This document shows positions 9,501 through 20,415 of a DNA stretch of 64,000 bases, piece by piece. Below the pieces are notes generated by a model that worked only from the letters and a program-made list of their open reading frames with translations, was not told the origin of the DNA and did not search any database. Both the position numbers and the translations under genes were made by a program. The first letter of the stretch is position 1, and every line of letters starts with the position of its first letter. The DNA lies in assembly GCA_902774395.1 (NCBI GenBank), contig CACYIK010000004.1, positions 30,932-94,931 of the forward strand. Reading direction: 5' to 3'. The DNA is from an uncultured Bacteroidota bacterium. Its GTDB lineage: Bacteria; Bacteroidota; Bacteroidia; Bacteroidales; P3.

Positions 9501-10352
9501 TCATAATCTAAATATTTGCATCATGCGGATTAACGCTCGACGGAAGAGTGCGTAATTCCTGCTGTCTGACACATCAAGCAGGTCGTTCAGCAGGAGGCTT
9601 TCGTCTTCCTTATCCACCTCCTGTTGCAACATTTCGGCATAGTATTGGCGATTATGGGGAGAAAGCATTGCCCGCAGGTCGGAGGCAATCCACTCTGCAC
9701 CGGCCACGGTGACGTCGAATGTTGTCGCCTCGACATCGACCTCTTGCGGAAGGCCGTCGCGCGTGAGGGCGTATGCCACATAAACATTCTGCAGAATATA
9801 AACCATATCGGACGCATCCTTGAGGGTGCTGAGGTGGCGGTCACTCCATGTGTCCAGTTTCAGTAGGAACTGGCCGCTGAGCGATGCCATCCGGAACGAG
9901 AATTCCTCATCCACAGTCACCTTGTCGGCATGTTCCATCACCTCCGAAAAGCAACGCACCGACATCACAGGCGACCCCTCAGGAGGCCAAGCAATCATCC
10001 CGTTGTGCTCCACCTCCCCAAACGGCACAATGTCCACCTCATAGTGGTTTTGCCCTTGCGGTCCCACATAGTAGAACCGTTGGCGTTCGGAAGCTTTAAC
10101 GAAATAGTTCTGCAACAGCAACTGTGAGAGGTGCTCATACTGACTCCAATCGTCCAACGCCACAGCCACATCGAGGTCGAGCGTACGTCGGGGATTATTG
10201 CCGACATTCAGCAATCTCATGGCGATATCGCGTGCGGCAGCCCCCACCACATAAACCTCCTCTCCGAGCGCCGCATAGCACTCCGACAGCGCCTGCAGCG
10301 TCTCCACCAGCAACTCGTTCTTCAACGTTTCTTTCTTTATCGAATACTCCAT
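9501..10352 (-). CDS. nucleotidyltransferase-domain protein, candidate toxin partner of the upstream AbiEi-like gene
   Basis: 283 aa. Pol-beta-type NTase motif VVGAAARDIAMRLLNVGNNPRRTLDLDVAV (G-x-A/S...DxD). Starts 3 nt after the stop of the 10356-10940 gene. Confidence 0.55.
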   Translation of the reverse strand: MEYSIKKETLKNELLVETLQALSECYAALGEEVYVVGAAARDIAMRLLNVGNNPRRTLDLDVAVALDDWSQYEHLSQLLLQNYFVKASERQRFYYVGPQGQNHYEVDIVPFGEVEHNGMIAWPPEGSPVMSVRCFSEVMEHADKVTVDEEFSFRMASLSGQFLLKLDTWSDRHLSTLKDASDMVYILQNVYVAYALTRDGLPQEVDVEATTFDVTVAGAEWIASDLRAMLSPHNRQYYAEMLQQEVDKEDESLLLNDLLDVSDSRNYALFRRALIRMMQIFRL

Positions 10353-10355
10353 ATC

Positions 10356-10940
10356 TCAATAACCAATAACCTTTATAATTCTCTCTGCGGCTTCGCGGCA
10401 GCGGTCGTTGCCCATCGCCAGCAAGTCGGCATACACCACCACAGGCGGGGTGCCCGCCTCGTCCCAGAACTTGCGGTAGACGTATATCTCGCCGTCGGCC
10501 TTCGGAATCATCCGACCAGTGGCTATCAGCGCATTGGCGTTGTCGGAAACGTAGACATCCCAACGTTCTGGCTGTAGGTAGTCATCCAATAAAGCAGCTG
10601 CAGGCTCCCCTCCCCAACTGACATTCTCCGGCATGCGTATGTCACGCCAGCACTCCTTTACCTGAGGTGTAAGAAACGTGAATCGAGCAACAAAGAAACG
10701 CTCTTTGAGCCCGTCGGCATAGGCTCGTGTCCATCGGTCGAGCAGAGATGTCCGTTTCCTCAGCAGGCGTTTTTTGCCGTCCTCCACGACGTAACCCTTC
10801 TCCATCAGGCTCTGCATGACATTATTTACCGACCCAACAGAGACACCTGCCGCCGCAGCCAGCTGCCGGTATCTTAAATTAGTGTTTGACTTATCTTGCA
10901 ACAACCTGAAAACAACCTGAAATTCTGCTTTATGCATCAT
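10356..10940 (-). CDS. AbiEi-like winged-helix transcriptional regulator / type IV antitoxin candidate
   Basis: 194 aa. N-terminal wHTH (LRYRQLAAAAGVSVGSVNNVMQSLMEKGYV). The C-terminal part (LLDRWTRAY...WGGEPAAALL...VVVYADLLAMGNDRCREAAERI) matches my recollection of AbiEi antitoxin C-domains. Confidence 0.55.
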   Translation of the reverse strand: MMHKAEFQVVFRLLQDKSNTNLRYRQLAAAAGVSVGSVNNVMQSLMEKGYVVEDGKKRLLRKRTSLLDRWTRAYADGLKERFFVARFTFLTPQVKECWRDIRMPENVSWGGEPAAALLDDYLQPERWDVYVSDNANALIATGRMIPKADGEIYVYRKFWDEAGTPPVVVYADLLAMGNDRCREAAERIIKVIGY

Positions 10941-10967
10941 AATTCTTAATGTTTATCCCACCTATTT

Positions 10968-11021
10968 TGTTCATTTAATACATTGTGTTCAAAATAATTG
11001 AACAAAAACAATTATTGAACA
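10968..11021. promoter_or_regulatory. nested palindromic operator candidate upstream of the AbiEi-like gene
   Basis: Four hexamer half-sites: TGTTCA (10968-10973), TGTTCA (10986-10991), TGAACA (10999-11004), TGAACA (11016-11021). The inner pair forms GTTCAAAATAATTGAAC. The site lies 28-80 nt upstream of the ATG at 10940 (minus strand). Confidence 0.4.
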
Positions 11022-11260
11022 ATATCGATGCAAAGATACACATTTTCTTTAATATAGCAAAAAAAATATCGTCATATAAAGAAAGTGTCGTGTTTTTTTA
11101 ATTTTGTTTATCACATTTTTATCTGTTTTCGTAAATCTTTCTACCCATAAAGTATGGAGATTGCGGAATTGTTACATGCTTGCCGCATGTTTTTTTTGCC
11201 TCCTCCGACGGGGCTCCAAAATTAAATTTGGCGGTTCCAGATAATCTTTGTATCTTTGCA

Positions 11261-11268
11261 GTTTGAAA
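11261..11268 (+). promoter_or_regulatory. Bacteroidota -7 promoter box (TAnnTTTG) for the type I R-M operon
   Basis: TATCTTTGCA about 30 nt upstream of the hsdR ATG at 11298. Confidence 0.5.
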
Positions 11269-11297
11269 ATGAATAATCGAATTCAAATATTACGCTG

Positions 11298-14003
11298 ATG
11301 ACACCGGAAGAGAAGGCTAGAGTTAAGATAGACCAGATGTTTGAGGACGCTGGCTGGAAGGTGGTGGATAGGGATTTCTATTCGCCAACCCTTACAGCTG
11401 CAGCTATTCGAGAAGGCCTTATGAACGGTAATCGAGAAGCCGACTACTTCCTGTTTATCAACGGTATGGCCGTAGGTGTGTTGGAAGCGAAACGTAAAGA
11501 GGTGGATGTAACCACGACTATTGTATGCGAACAGGCAGAACTATATGCCCGTGGTGTCCCCAATTGTTATAAGGCTTACTCTCGACCTCTCCCTATCATC
11601 TATCAGTCAAACGGCGAAGAAACATACTTCCGTGATTTCCGCGATAAAGAAGGCGAACTAGTAGAAACCGATCGCATCTATACTCCGAAAGAGATTGTCA
11701 AAATGCTGGGTATAGACGACCCCTACGCCGGTTTGCCTGATTTAAAAAGAAAAGGGCTGCGCGATTGTCAGTATGAGGCTATCCGCGAATTGGAAAGCAG
11801 TTTCCGCGCAGGTCAAAAAAAAGCCTTGATAGTGTTGGCTACAGGGGCGGGCAAGACTTACACCGCCTGTATGGCCGCCTATCGCTTTCTGGCTTTCACT
11901 CCGGTGAAACGTATCCTTTTCCTGGTCGACCGAAACAATCTTGGCAAACAGGCAGAAGGAGAGTTTGGAATGTTCCGCCTGACTGAAAATGGCGACCCGT
12001 TCAACACCATCTTTACGGTGGATCGCCTGAGGTCTGCCAAAGTGCCGTCGGACAGCAATGTGGTCATCTCCACCATACAACGCCTGTTCTCTCTTCTCAC
12101 AGGTAAGGAGATAGTAGATAATGATGACGACGATGAAGACACCGCCACAGAAGAAGTACAGTTGCCGGGAAACATCACGATTCCACCAGATTTCTTCGAC
12201 CTGATTATAATCGACGAATGCCATCGTTCCATCTATGGCAATTGGAAGAAAGTGTTGGATTACTTCCAAACAGCCAAAATGATAGGGCTGACGGCGACCC
12301 CTGTCCCCGAAACAAAGGCCTTTTTCAACAATAACATTGTTGTCAATTACACGCTTGAACAATCCATCGTGGACGGCGTGAATGTAGATGCCCGCGTTTA
12401 TCGTATCAAGACAGAGGCCACAGAGAATGGTGGCGCTATCTTGATAGGCGACAAACTGAGACGGATGACACGATATACAGGCAAGGTGGAAACCATCCGC
12501 AACGAAGAGTCGAAGAACTACACAAAAGAGGAACTGAACCGCAGCATTATCAATCCGGCACAAATCAAGCTCGTGCTGGAAACATATCGCGATACTGTCT
12601 ATACTGAGATGTTCACCGACCCTCAGCGTGAGCCGAATATGGATTATCTGCCCAAGACACTCATTTTCGCGCTGAACGAAATCCATGCCAACAATATCGT
12701 GACGATTGCAAAGGAAGTGTTTGGACGGACAGACGACAAGTTTGTGCAAAAGATTACATACTCCTCGGGCGACAGCAACGAGTTAATCCGTCAGTTTCGC
12801 AACGACAAGGAATTCCGCATAGCAGTCACCTGCACATTGGTGGCAACGGGCACGGATGTGAAACCGCTCGAAGTGCTGATATTCATGCGCGATGTGGCAT
12901 CCGAGCCGCTTTGTATCCAGATGAAAGGTCGCGGCGTGCGCACCATAGGCGACGACCAGCTGCGCAACGTCACCCCCAATGCCTTCAGCAAGGATTGTTT
13001 CTTCCTCGTAGATGCCGTAGGCGTAACCGAGAGCCAAAAGACTGTCACAAGTCCAGGCAATGGTGAAACCGAGCAAAATATCACGCTGAAACGGTTGCTG
13101 GAGCTGCTGACTCACGGCAACGTGAACGATGACTATCTGCGCTTGATTGCCGCCAAACTCGCGCGTATCTACAACAAGTGTACCGACAAACAGCGAGAGG
13201 AGTTTGAAAGAATGGCCCACAGCGGTATGCAGGAAATCTCGGCTGCCATCTTCGACGCTTTGGAGAAAAACACGTTGCCTCCATACGAAAGCATCGATGA
13301 GCCGAATTTTGAACGTAAAGCGTTGGTGGCTCCGCTGACCCATCATCCCGAGGCGCGTCAGTTTCTGCTTATCCTTGCGGCCGGTTTTGTGGAAACACTT
13401 ATGCCTGGCGAAGACCAGCTGATATCAAAAGGATTCTCGCAAGAGGAGGCAAAAGAGCTCACTTCGGCATTTGAGAAATACTGCGAGGAACATCAAGACG
13501 AGATTGAGGCACTTCGAATGATTTACAACAACGAGGGGGAGCCTCTGACCTACTATATCCTGAAAGACTTGGAGAACAAGCTGAAGATGGCCAACAATCG
13601 CTTCCAGTCGTCCCGCATCTGGAACTCGTATGCCATTGTAAGTCCTCAAGCTGTGAAGAAGCATACCACCAAGGAGGAGAAAGAGGCGCTCACCAATATC
13701 ATTCAGCTGGTGCGTTTCGCCAACCATCAGATAGAGAAACTGGAGAGCCTTTACCCATTGGCTCAGCAGCGTTTCAACCTCTGGTATGGTCAGATGCAGC
13801 GCACAGTGACCGAGTCTCAGATAGCCATCATCCGGCAGATAGTGGATTATATCGCTTCCAACGGAGCCTGCACCATCAAGGATATTATCGAGGACGACAG
13901 AAACCGTGCGGCCCAGCTCATCAATGCCTTCGGAGGGAAGGAGCAGGCCGACGAAGCCCTCGTGTCGCTCTCCAAATTCTTACTTTACAGAAAAACAGCA
14001 TAA
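11298..14003 (+). CDS. hsdR: type I restriction endonuclease subunit R
   Basis: 901 aa. N-terminal nuclease-like region (READYFLFINGMAVGVLEAKR). SF2 helicase motifs (LATGAGKT, IIIDECHRS, GLTATP, ATGTDV, QMKGRGVR). Confidence 0.93.
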   Translation: MTPEEKARVKIDQMFEDAGWKVVDRDFYSPTLTAAAIREGLMNGNREADYFLFINGMAVGVLEAKRKEVDVTTTIVCEQAELYARGVPNCYKAYSRPLPIIYQSNGEETYFRDFRDKEGELVETDRIYTPKEIVKMLGIDDPYAGLPDLKRKGLRDCQYEAIRELESSFRAGQKKALIVLATGAGKTYTACMAAYRFLAFTPVKRILFLVDRNNLGKQAEGEFGMFRLTENGDPFNTIFTVDRLRSAKVPSDSNVVISTIQRLFSLLTGKEIVDNDDDDEDTATEEVQLPGNITIPPDFFDLIIIDECHRSIYGNWKKVLDYFQTAKMIGLTATPVPETKAFFNNNIVVNYTLEQSIVDGVNVDARVYRIKTEATENGGAILIGDKLRRMTRYTGKVETIRNEESKNYTKEELNRSIINPAQIKLVLETYRDTVYTEMFTDPQREPNMDYLPKTLIFALNEIHANNIVTIAKEVFGRTDDKFVQKITYSSGDSNELIRQFRNDKEFRIAVTCTLVATGTDVKPLEVLIFMRDVASEPLCIQMKGRGVRTIGDDQLRNVTPNAFSKDCFFLVDAVGVTESQKTVTSPGNGETEQNITLKRLLELLTHGNVNDDYLRLIAAKLARIYNKCTDKQREEFERMAHSGMQEISAAIFDALEKNTLPPYESIDEPNFERKALVAPLTHHPEARQFLLILAAGFVETLMPGEDQLISKGFSQEEAKELTSAFEKYCEEHQDEIEALRMIYNNEGEPLTYYILKDLENKLKMANNRFQSSRIWNSYAIVSPQAVKKHTTKEEKEALTNIIQLVRFANHQIEKLESLYPLAQQRFNLWYGQMQRTVTESQIAIIRQIVDYIASNGACTIKDIIEDDRNRAAQLINAFGGKEQADEALVSLSKFLLYRKTA

Positions 14004-15434
<1,431 letters not shown>

Positions 15435-15440
15435 ACCAAT

Positions 15441-16883
15441 ATGATAACAAAAGAGGAACTGCGGGAATTACTGCACAGCACGGAAACATATAGAGTGGAA
15501 CGCACCACCTCGACAGGTGATATGGATAAGTTTCAGGAAGCCATCTGTGCGTTCTCGAATGATTTGCCCAATTCACGCAAGAATGGTTATCTTATTATAG
15601 GAGCATACGATAATGGGAAGTTGTCTGGCTTGAAAGTGACTGACGACCTGCTGAAGAAGATTGCCTCCATCCGTTCCGATGGCAATATTCTTCCGTTACC
15701 GATGATGTCTGTCGAACGCTTTGAATTTCCGGAAGGAGATCTTCTTGTGGCCGAGGTATTGCCATCGCTTCTTCCCCCCGTTCGTTACCGTGGACGGACA
15801 TTTATTCGCATAGGCCCTCGTCGAGATATTGCAACGGAAGCTGAGGAGAGAATACTATTAGAGCGTAGGACTTCATATATGGCCACCTTCGATGCAATGC
15901 CCTGTTTGGGAGCATCGATAAAAGACATTGACACCGAATATATAAAGAACGACTATCTCCCTCAAGTTGTTGATCCAGACTTGCTGGCCACCGACAAACG
16001 GGATTTGAAGGAACAACTGTCCGCCATCCATCTGTATGATCTCGAACACGACTGTCCCACAAATGCTGCCATCATCCTTTTTGGCAAGAATCCGCAATAC
16101 TATATGCACGGATGTTATGTCCAATATGTACATTTTGCAGGAATAAACAATGGTGGCGAAATATTGAACGAGAAGCAGATAAAAGGGTGCCTGTGTAGAA
16201 TGTTGCCTCAATTGGAGAGTTTTGTCCGTGACGCCGTCGTGACATCCCGTCCGGTACCCATTGGTATGTTGCGCGAGCAAACCGTCTTCAATTATCCAGA
16301 GTTGGCATTAAGAGAGTTGCTGATGAACGCCTGTATGCACAGGGATTACCAGTCGAATATGCCAATCCGTCTCTACCAGTATGACGACCGCATAGAAATA
16401 CTCAATGCTGGAGGACTCTATGGCGAGGCGAGGCCCGAGAACTTCCCGACGGTAAACGACTATCGTAATCCCATCATTGCCGAAGCTATGCGAGGGCTCA
16501 AATATGTCAATATGTTCAACCGTGGTATTGAGCGTGTTAAAACCATGTTCCAAGAAAACGGGAATCCGGAACCCTCATTCAAAGTCGATAAGATTACTGC
16601 TTTCGAGGTCGTGGCCAAACCGACTTTATCACTCAACTTAGTCACTGATAAAGAAAAAGTGACTAAGTCAGTGACCAAGATGACGGAAAAGGTGAATGAT
16701 ATTATTGCTTTCTGTTCCGTTCCTCGGAGTATGACCGAGATAATGGATCATATAGGCATGAAACACCGTTATAATGTGAAGCATAGATACATCGACCCTT
16801 TGATTGAAAGTGGTTTCTTGGAGATGACCATACCCGACAAACCAAATAGCAGAAGTCAAAAGTACAAGAGGGCATTAACTTAG
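15441..16883 (+). CDS. AlbA_2 (Schlafen-like) + HATPase_c_4 ATP-binding protein with a C-terminal wHTH module ('RecG-like' putative regulator)
   Basis: 480 aa. N-terminal AlbA_2-like region (ETYRVERTTS...EAICAFSNDLPNSRKNGYLIIGAYDNGKLSGL). Central region ELALRELLMNACMHRDYQSN...IEILNAGGLYG. C-terminal wHTH shared with the fic remnant. Embedded between hsdM and hsdS, 6 nt after hsdM. Confidence 0.75.
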   Translation: MITKEELRELLHSTETYRVERTTSTGDMDKFQEAICAFSNDLPNSRKNGYLIIGAYDNGKLSGLKVTDDLLKKIASIRSDGNILPLPMMSVERFEFPEGDLLVAEVLPSLLPPVRYRGRTFIRIGPRRDIATEAEERILLERRTSYMATFDAMPCLGASIKDIDTEYIKNDYLPQVVDPDLLATDKRDLKEQLSAIHLYDLEHDCPTNAAIILFGKNPQYYMHGCYVQYVHFAGINNGGEILNEKQIKGCLCRMLPQLESFVRDAVVTSRPVPIGMLREQTVFNYPELALRELLMNACMHRDYQSNMPIRLYQYDDRIEILNAGGLYGEARPENFPTVNDYRNPIIAEAMRGLKYVNMFNRGIERVKTMFQENGNPEPSFKVDKITAFEVVAKPTLSLNLVTDKEKVTKSVTKMTEKVNDIIAFCSVPRSMTEIMDHIGMKHRYNVKHRYIDPLIESGFLEMTIPDKPNSRSQKYKRALT

Positions 16884-16930
16884 TCACTTAACTTAGTCAC
16901 TAATCAAAAAAAGTGACCAAGTTAAAATGG

Positions 16931-18343
16931 ATGTTTATGGACACAAAGAAACTACGCCAGAAGATACTCGACCTCGCCATTCGTGGCAAACTCGTCCCCC
17001 AAGACCCCAACGACGAGCCTGCCTCTGTATTGCTGGAGCGCATCCTTGCTGAGAAAGAACGCCTCATCAAGGAAGGAAAGATAAAACGAAGCAAGAAGAC
17101 GGCTACAAATGATGATATTGAAGCGCCCTTTGAGATTCCTGAAAGTTGGGAGTGGACAAACATCGAAGCTGTTGCTGAATCCAATATAGGATTGACATAT
17201 AAACCATCTGATATTACATTAAATGGAATACCAGTTTATCGCTCAAACAACATTCAGAATAAAGAGATAGTTTTAACAGACATTGTAAGAGTAAAAACTG
17301 ATATTCAAACAAAACAATATCTCAATGAGGGTGATTTGCTAATATGTGCTAGAAATGGAAGTCGAAATCTTGTAGGTAAATGTGCTCTTATAAAGCACCT
17401 CACTGAGCCAACTTCTTTTGGGGCTTTTATGGCAGTTTGTCGAAGTGAGTTCAACGAATGGATTTTTCTATTGCTTAATTCAGAATACTTTAATACATAT
17501 TTGGACGAATCAAATTCAACTGCTATAAATCAGGTGACTCAGAAAATGCTCCTTGCATTTCAATTACCATTTCCACCTAAAAAAGAACAAAAGCGTATTT
17601 ATAATGAGGTTACTAAATGGTTTTCTGTGATTGACGAATTGGAGAGCAACGAGGGTGATTTGTTGAAGGCTATAGATAAAGCAAAGTCCAAAATCCTCGA
17701 CCTCGCCATTCACGGTAAACTTGTACCCCAAGACCCCAACGACGAACCCGCCATTGAACTCTTAAAGCGCATCAACCCAAAGTTTGAACCTTGTGATAAT
17801 GAACTCGACGACACCCATCTTCCAGATAATTGGTGCTGGACAACACTAGGCAATATCTTTAACCATAATACAGGGAAGGCATTAAATAAGTCTGATTCGC
17901 AGGAAGGATCATTGCTGCCATATATTACGACGTCTAATGTATATTGGAATCGGTTTGATTTATCTGAGATAAAGAAGATGTTCTTTAAAGACTCAGAAAT
18001 TGACAAATGTACAATAACAAAAGGCGACTTGTTGGTTTGTGAGGGTGGCGATATAGGACGTTCTGCAATATGGAACTATGATTACGATATTTGTATTCAA
18101 AACCACATCCATAGGCTACGTGCAAAAGGCGATGTCAGCCATCTCCTGTATTTATACGTCCTTATGTTTTACAAATGGACAGACAGAATACGGGGGAATG
18201 GCATTGGTCTTCAAGGATTGTCATCTAGGCTATTAGACAAAATCATCGTACCATTACCTCCATATCAGGAGCAACTCCGCATCGTATCAAAGATAGAAGA
18301 ACTCTTTGCCGCCCTTAACAGTATCAAAGAATCCCTAGAATAA
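16931..18343 (+). CDS. hsdS: type I R-M specificity subunit S
   Basis: Two AT-rich target-recognition domains separated by duplicated conserved helices KILDLAI(R/H)GKLVPQDPNDEPA (DNA 16961-17023 and 17690-17751). The ORF track starts at GTG 16913; the first ATGs are 16931 and 16937. Confidence 0.9.
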   Translation: MFMDTKKLRQKILDLAIRGKLVPQDPNDEPASVLLERILAEKERLIKEGKIKRSKKTATNDDIEAPFEIPESWEWTNIEAVAESNIGLTYKPSDITLNGIPVYRSNNIQNKEIVLTDIVRVKTDIQTKQYLNEGDLLICARNGSRNLVGKCALIKHLTEPTSFGAFMAVCRSEFNEWIFLLLNSEYFNTYLDESNSTAINQVTQKMLLAFQLPFPPKKEQKRIYNEVTKWFSVIDELESNEGDLLKAIDKAKSKILDLAIHGKLVPQDPNDEPAIELLKRINPKFEPCDNELDDTHLPDNWCWTTLGNIFNHNTGKALNKSDSQEGSLLPYITTSNVYWNRFDLSEIKKMFFKDSEIDKCTITKGDLLVCEGGDIGRSAIWNYDYDICIQNHIHRLRAKGDVSHLLYLYVLMFYKWTDRIRGNGIGLQGLSSRLLDKIIVPLPPYQEQLRIVSKIEELFAALNSIKESLE

Positions 18344-18347
18344 ACTC

Positions 18348-19445
18348 ATGAATAGGCTTGTACTCATAGGCAACGGCTTCGACTTGGCGCACGGCTTGAA
18401 AACAAGCTATGCGGATTTCATCAACTGGTATTGGGCGCAGTGGGGATACTTATTGAGAGGAAAAGCAAAAAGATTTGAAGAAGATGAGCTCTGTTCGTTT
18501 TCGCTGAATGAGATAGGACTGGGTGGCTGGTATCTTGTTTGGAGTCATTATTATCAAAAACAAAACCCCTTCGATTGGGATTTGAATGAGGTGGCGAAAT
18601 TAGCAAGAGAGGATCGAAAACTATGTGAATTCAAATACAAAAGCCCTTTCTTCGAGCATATCAACAAAAGCTTTGAAAACAAACGATGGGTTGATATCGA
18701 AAACGAATACTATGACTTACTGGTAAAGGCAAAAACATTTGGCAACCAATATCAATCTCTTAACAAACAATTGGAGTCTGTCCGTAACAAACTAATAACA
18801 TTTCTATGTGAGGTGAGCAAAGAACAACCTCCTATGATAGAGGAAATAAAAGAAAAAATATATCGTCCAATAGAAAGGAGAGAACTGCAAACATCTCACC
18901 CATATGTCAGAAATGAAGAATTAGTCATCAGGAACACGTTGTTGCTCAACTTCAACTATACCAACACTCCGGAAATGTATTTGGCAGATAATTCGACGGT
19001 CAACTACATACACGGGAAATTAGATGACCCTCAAAGCGTAATCTTCGGCTATGGGGATGAATTGGACGAGAATTATAAAAGGCTCAAGGAGCAAAATGAT
19101 AGCGAGTGTATGCGTCATGTGAAGTCCATCCGATACTTGGAGCACGACAACTACCGTCGCATGCTCGAGTTCATCGAGTCGGCCCCTTTCCAAGCCGTCA
19201 TTATGGGGCACTCCTGTGGCAATAGCGACAGAACATTGCTTAACACCATCTTTGAACACCGCAACTGCTTATCAATAAAGCCATATTATTACCAGAAAGA
19301 CGATAAGACAGACAACTATTCCGAATTGACAATAAACATCAACCGAAATTTCAGCGACCCAAAACTGATGCGCGACCGCGTGGTATGCAAAGATTACTGC
19401 GAACCACTAACTGGGGTGAAACCAGGAGTAATAGTAATGGGGTAG
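18348..19445 (+). CDS. AbiH-like abortive-infection family protein
   Basis: 365 aa. The N-terminus LVLIGNGFDLAHGLKTSYADFINWYW matches the hallmark N-terminal motif of the AbiH family (Pfam AbiH) as I recall it. Starts 4 nt after the hsdS stop. AT-rich like the hsdS TRDs. Confidence 0.65.
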   Translation: MNRLVLIGNGFDLAHGLKTSYADFINWYWAQWGYLLRGKAKRFEEDELCSFSLNEIGLGGWYLVWSHYYQKQNPFDWDLNEVAKLAREDRKLCEFKYKSPFFEHINKSFENKRWVDIENEYYDLLVKAKTFGNQYQSLNKQLESVRNKLITFLCEVSKEQPPMIEEIKEKIYRPIERRELQTSHPYVRNEELVIRNTLLLNFNYTNTPEMYLADNSTVNYIHGKLDDPQSVIFGYGDELDENYKRLKEQNDSECMRHVKSIRYLEHDNYRRMLEFIESAPFQAVIMGHSCGNSDRTLLNTIFEHRNCLSIKPYYYQKDDKTDNYSELTININRNFSDPKLMRDRVVCKDYCEPLTGVKPGVIVMG

Positions 19446-19479
19446 AAAATAGATGGACAAGAAAAGAAAGCGAAATGGG

Positions 19480-19925
19480 GTGTATGTGATAATGAAAGTG
19501 AAATGCGTTTATTTGCAAATGTGTGAATCTTGAACAATCGATTGCTTAAACTGAGGTCGGCGACAATGTGGAGCCAATATTTGAATGCGTTAATGTGTAA
19601 ATGCGTAAATGTGTGAGTAAACATAAAAATTACATATTTGGCTTCTATAGAGATAATTGTAAGAGAGGGATCTAATAAAAAAGGGTATTGGATTATAGCT
19701 GATTTACAATAAATGTTACAATAAATGTTACAATAAATGCTACAATAAATAATACATATCATCTATGAGACTTATCGATACTTGAATGCGATATAAACCT
19801 AAACATTTATATAAGTTAATGCGTGAACGTTATAACGAATGTGTAAATGCGATAATGTGTGAATGAGTAAATCTTGAATAATCGATTGCTTGAGCTGAGG
19901 TCGGCGACAATGTGGAGTCAATGAG
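19480..19925. repeat. non-coding repeat region: duplicated ~55-bp core with stutter-word arms, plus a 12-bp x4 tandem array
   Basis: Core AATCTTGAACAATCGATTGCTTAAACTGAGGTCGGCGACAATGTGGAGCCAAT (19526-19578) recurs as AATCTTGAATAATCGATTGCTTGAGCTGAGGTCGGCGACAATGTGGAGTCAAT (19870-19922). Both copies are preceded by AATGCGT/AATGTGT word runs. TACAATAAATGT x4 lies at 19705-19755. Confidence 0.8.
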
Positions 19926-20101
19926 ACAAAGGACAACAGGAGTCCCTGGTTGGTGGTCAAGAAGTATTAGCAGCCGCGGAAACACGCACTAACCTACAGC
20001 AATGCCAAGTCATGATATAGGCATCGAGGAAGAGGGACCTCTGCCGATGGCGGCAGAAAGCACCACAGATTATTGAATCAGAGATAAAGTTTTTTTCATA
20101 G

Positions 20102-20338
20102 GACCCTATTTTAACATTGCTGAGGATGATGAAGTCGGGCATCGTGGTGCGCAGTACTCATTATGAGGTAGAAGACCCCTTCTTCCGTCAATGGATTTGC
20201 CAGAATATCACGCAATATTTCTGGAATAGCAAAAAAAAGAAGAGGGGGGTAAATTCATGGTGTGTGCGTTGGTGGACGGGGTTTCCTCTGACCGAATCGG
20301 CGATTTCATATTTTATTTTTGGCGTTTTCCGGAAATAA
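20102..20338 (+). pseudogene. possible C-terminal remnant of an AAA/DUF234-type ATPase gene
   Basis: A frame without a proper start reads ...LTLLRMMKSGIVVRSTHYEVEDPFFRQWI..., resembling the tail (Y-x-I/V-x-DPFF-x-xW) of archaeal-type ATPase/DUF234 proteins common in Bacteroidales. The rest is low complexity. Confidence 0.3.
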
Positions 20339-20415
20339 TTATATATTTGCGAATAACAAACGTTTCGGATAATTCCGATAACGAACATATTATTAATTAA
20401 TTAAAAGAAATCGCT

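Noticed and set aside
16913-18343. Phase-variable (shufflon-type) hsdS.
   Set aside because: The internal 62-bp duplication (16961-17023 / 17690-17751) is the normal pair of conserved HsdS helices in direct orientation. There is no second hsdS or half-hsdS, no inverted repeats and no recombinase nearby.
19394-19762. 122-aa minus-strand ORF downstream of the AbiH-like gene.
   Set aside because: It is composed of repeat-derived sequence (IYCNIYCNIYC from the 12-bp array). It overlaps the AbiH-like gene's 3' end and has extreme AT-rich low complexity.
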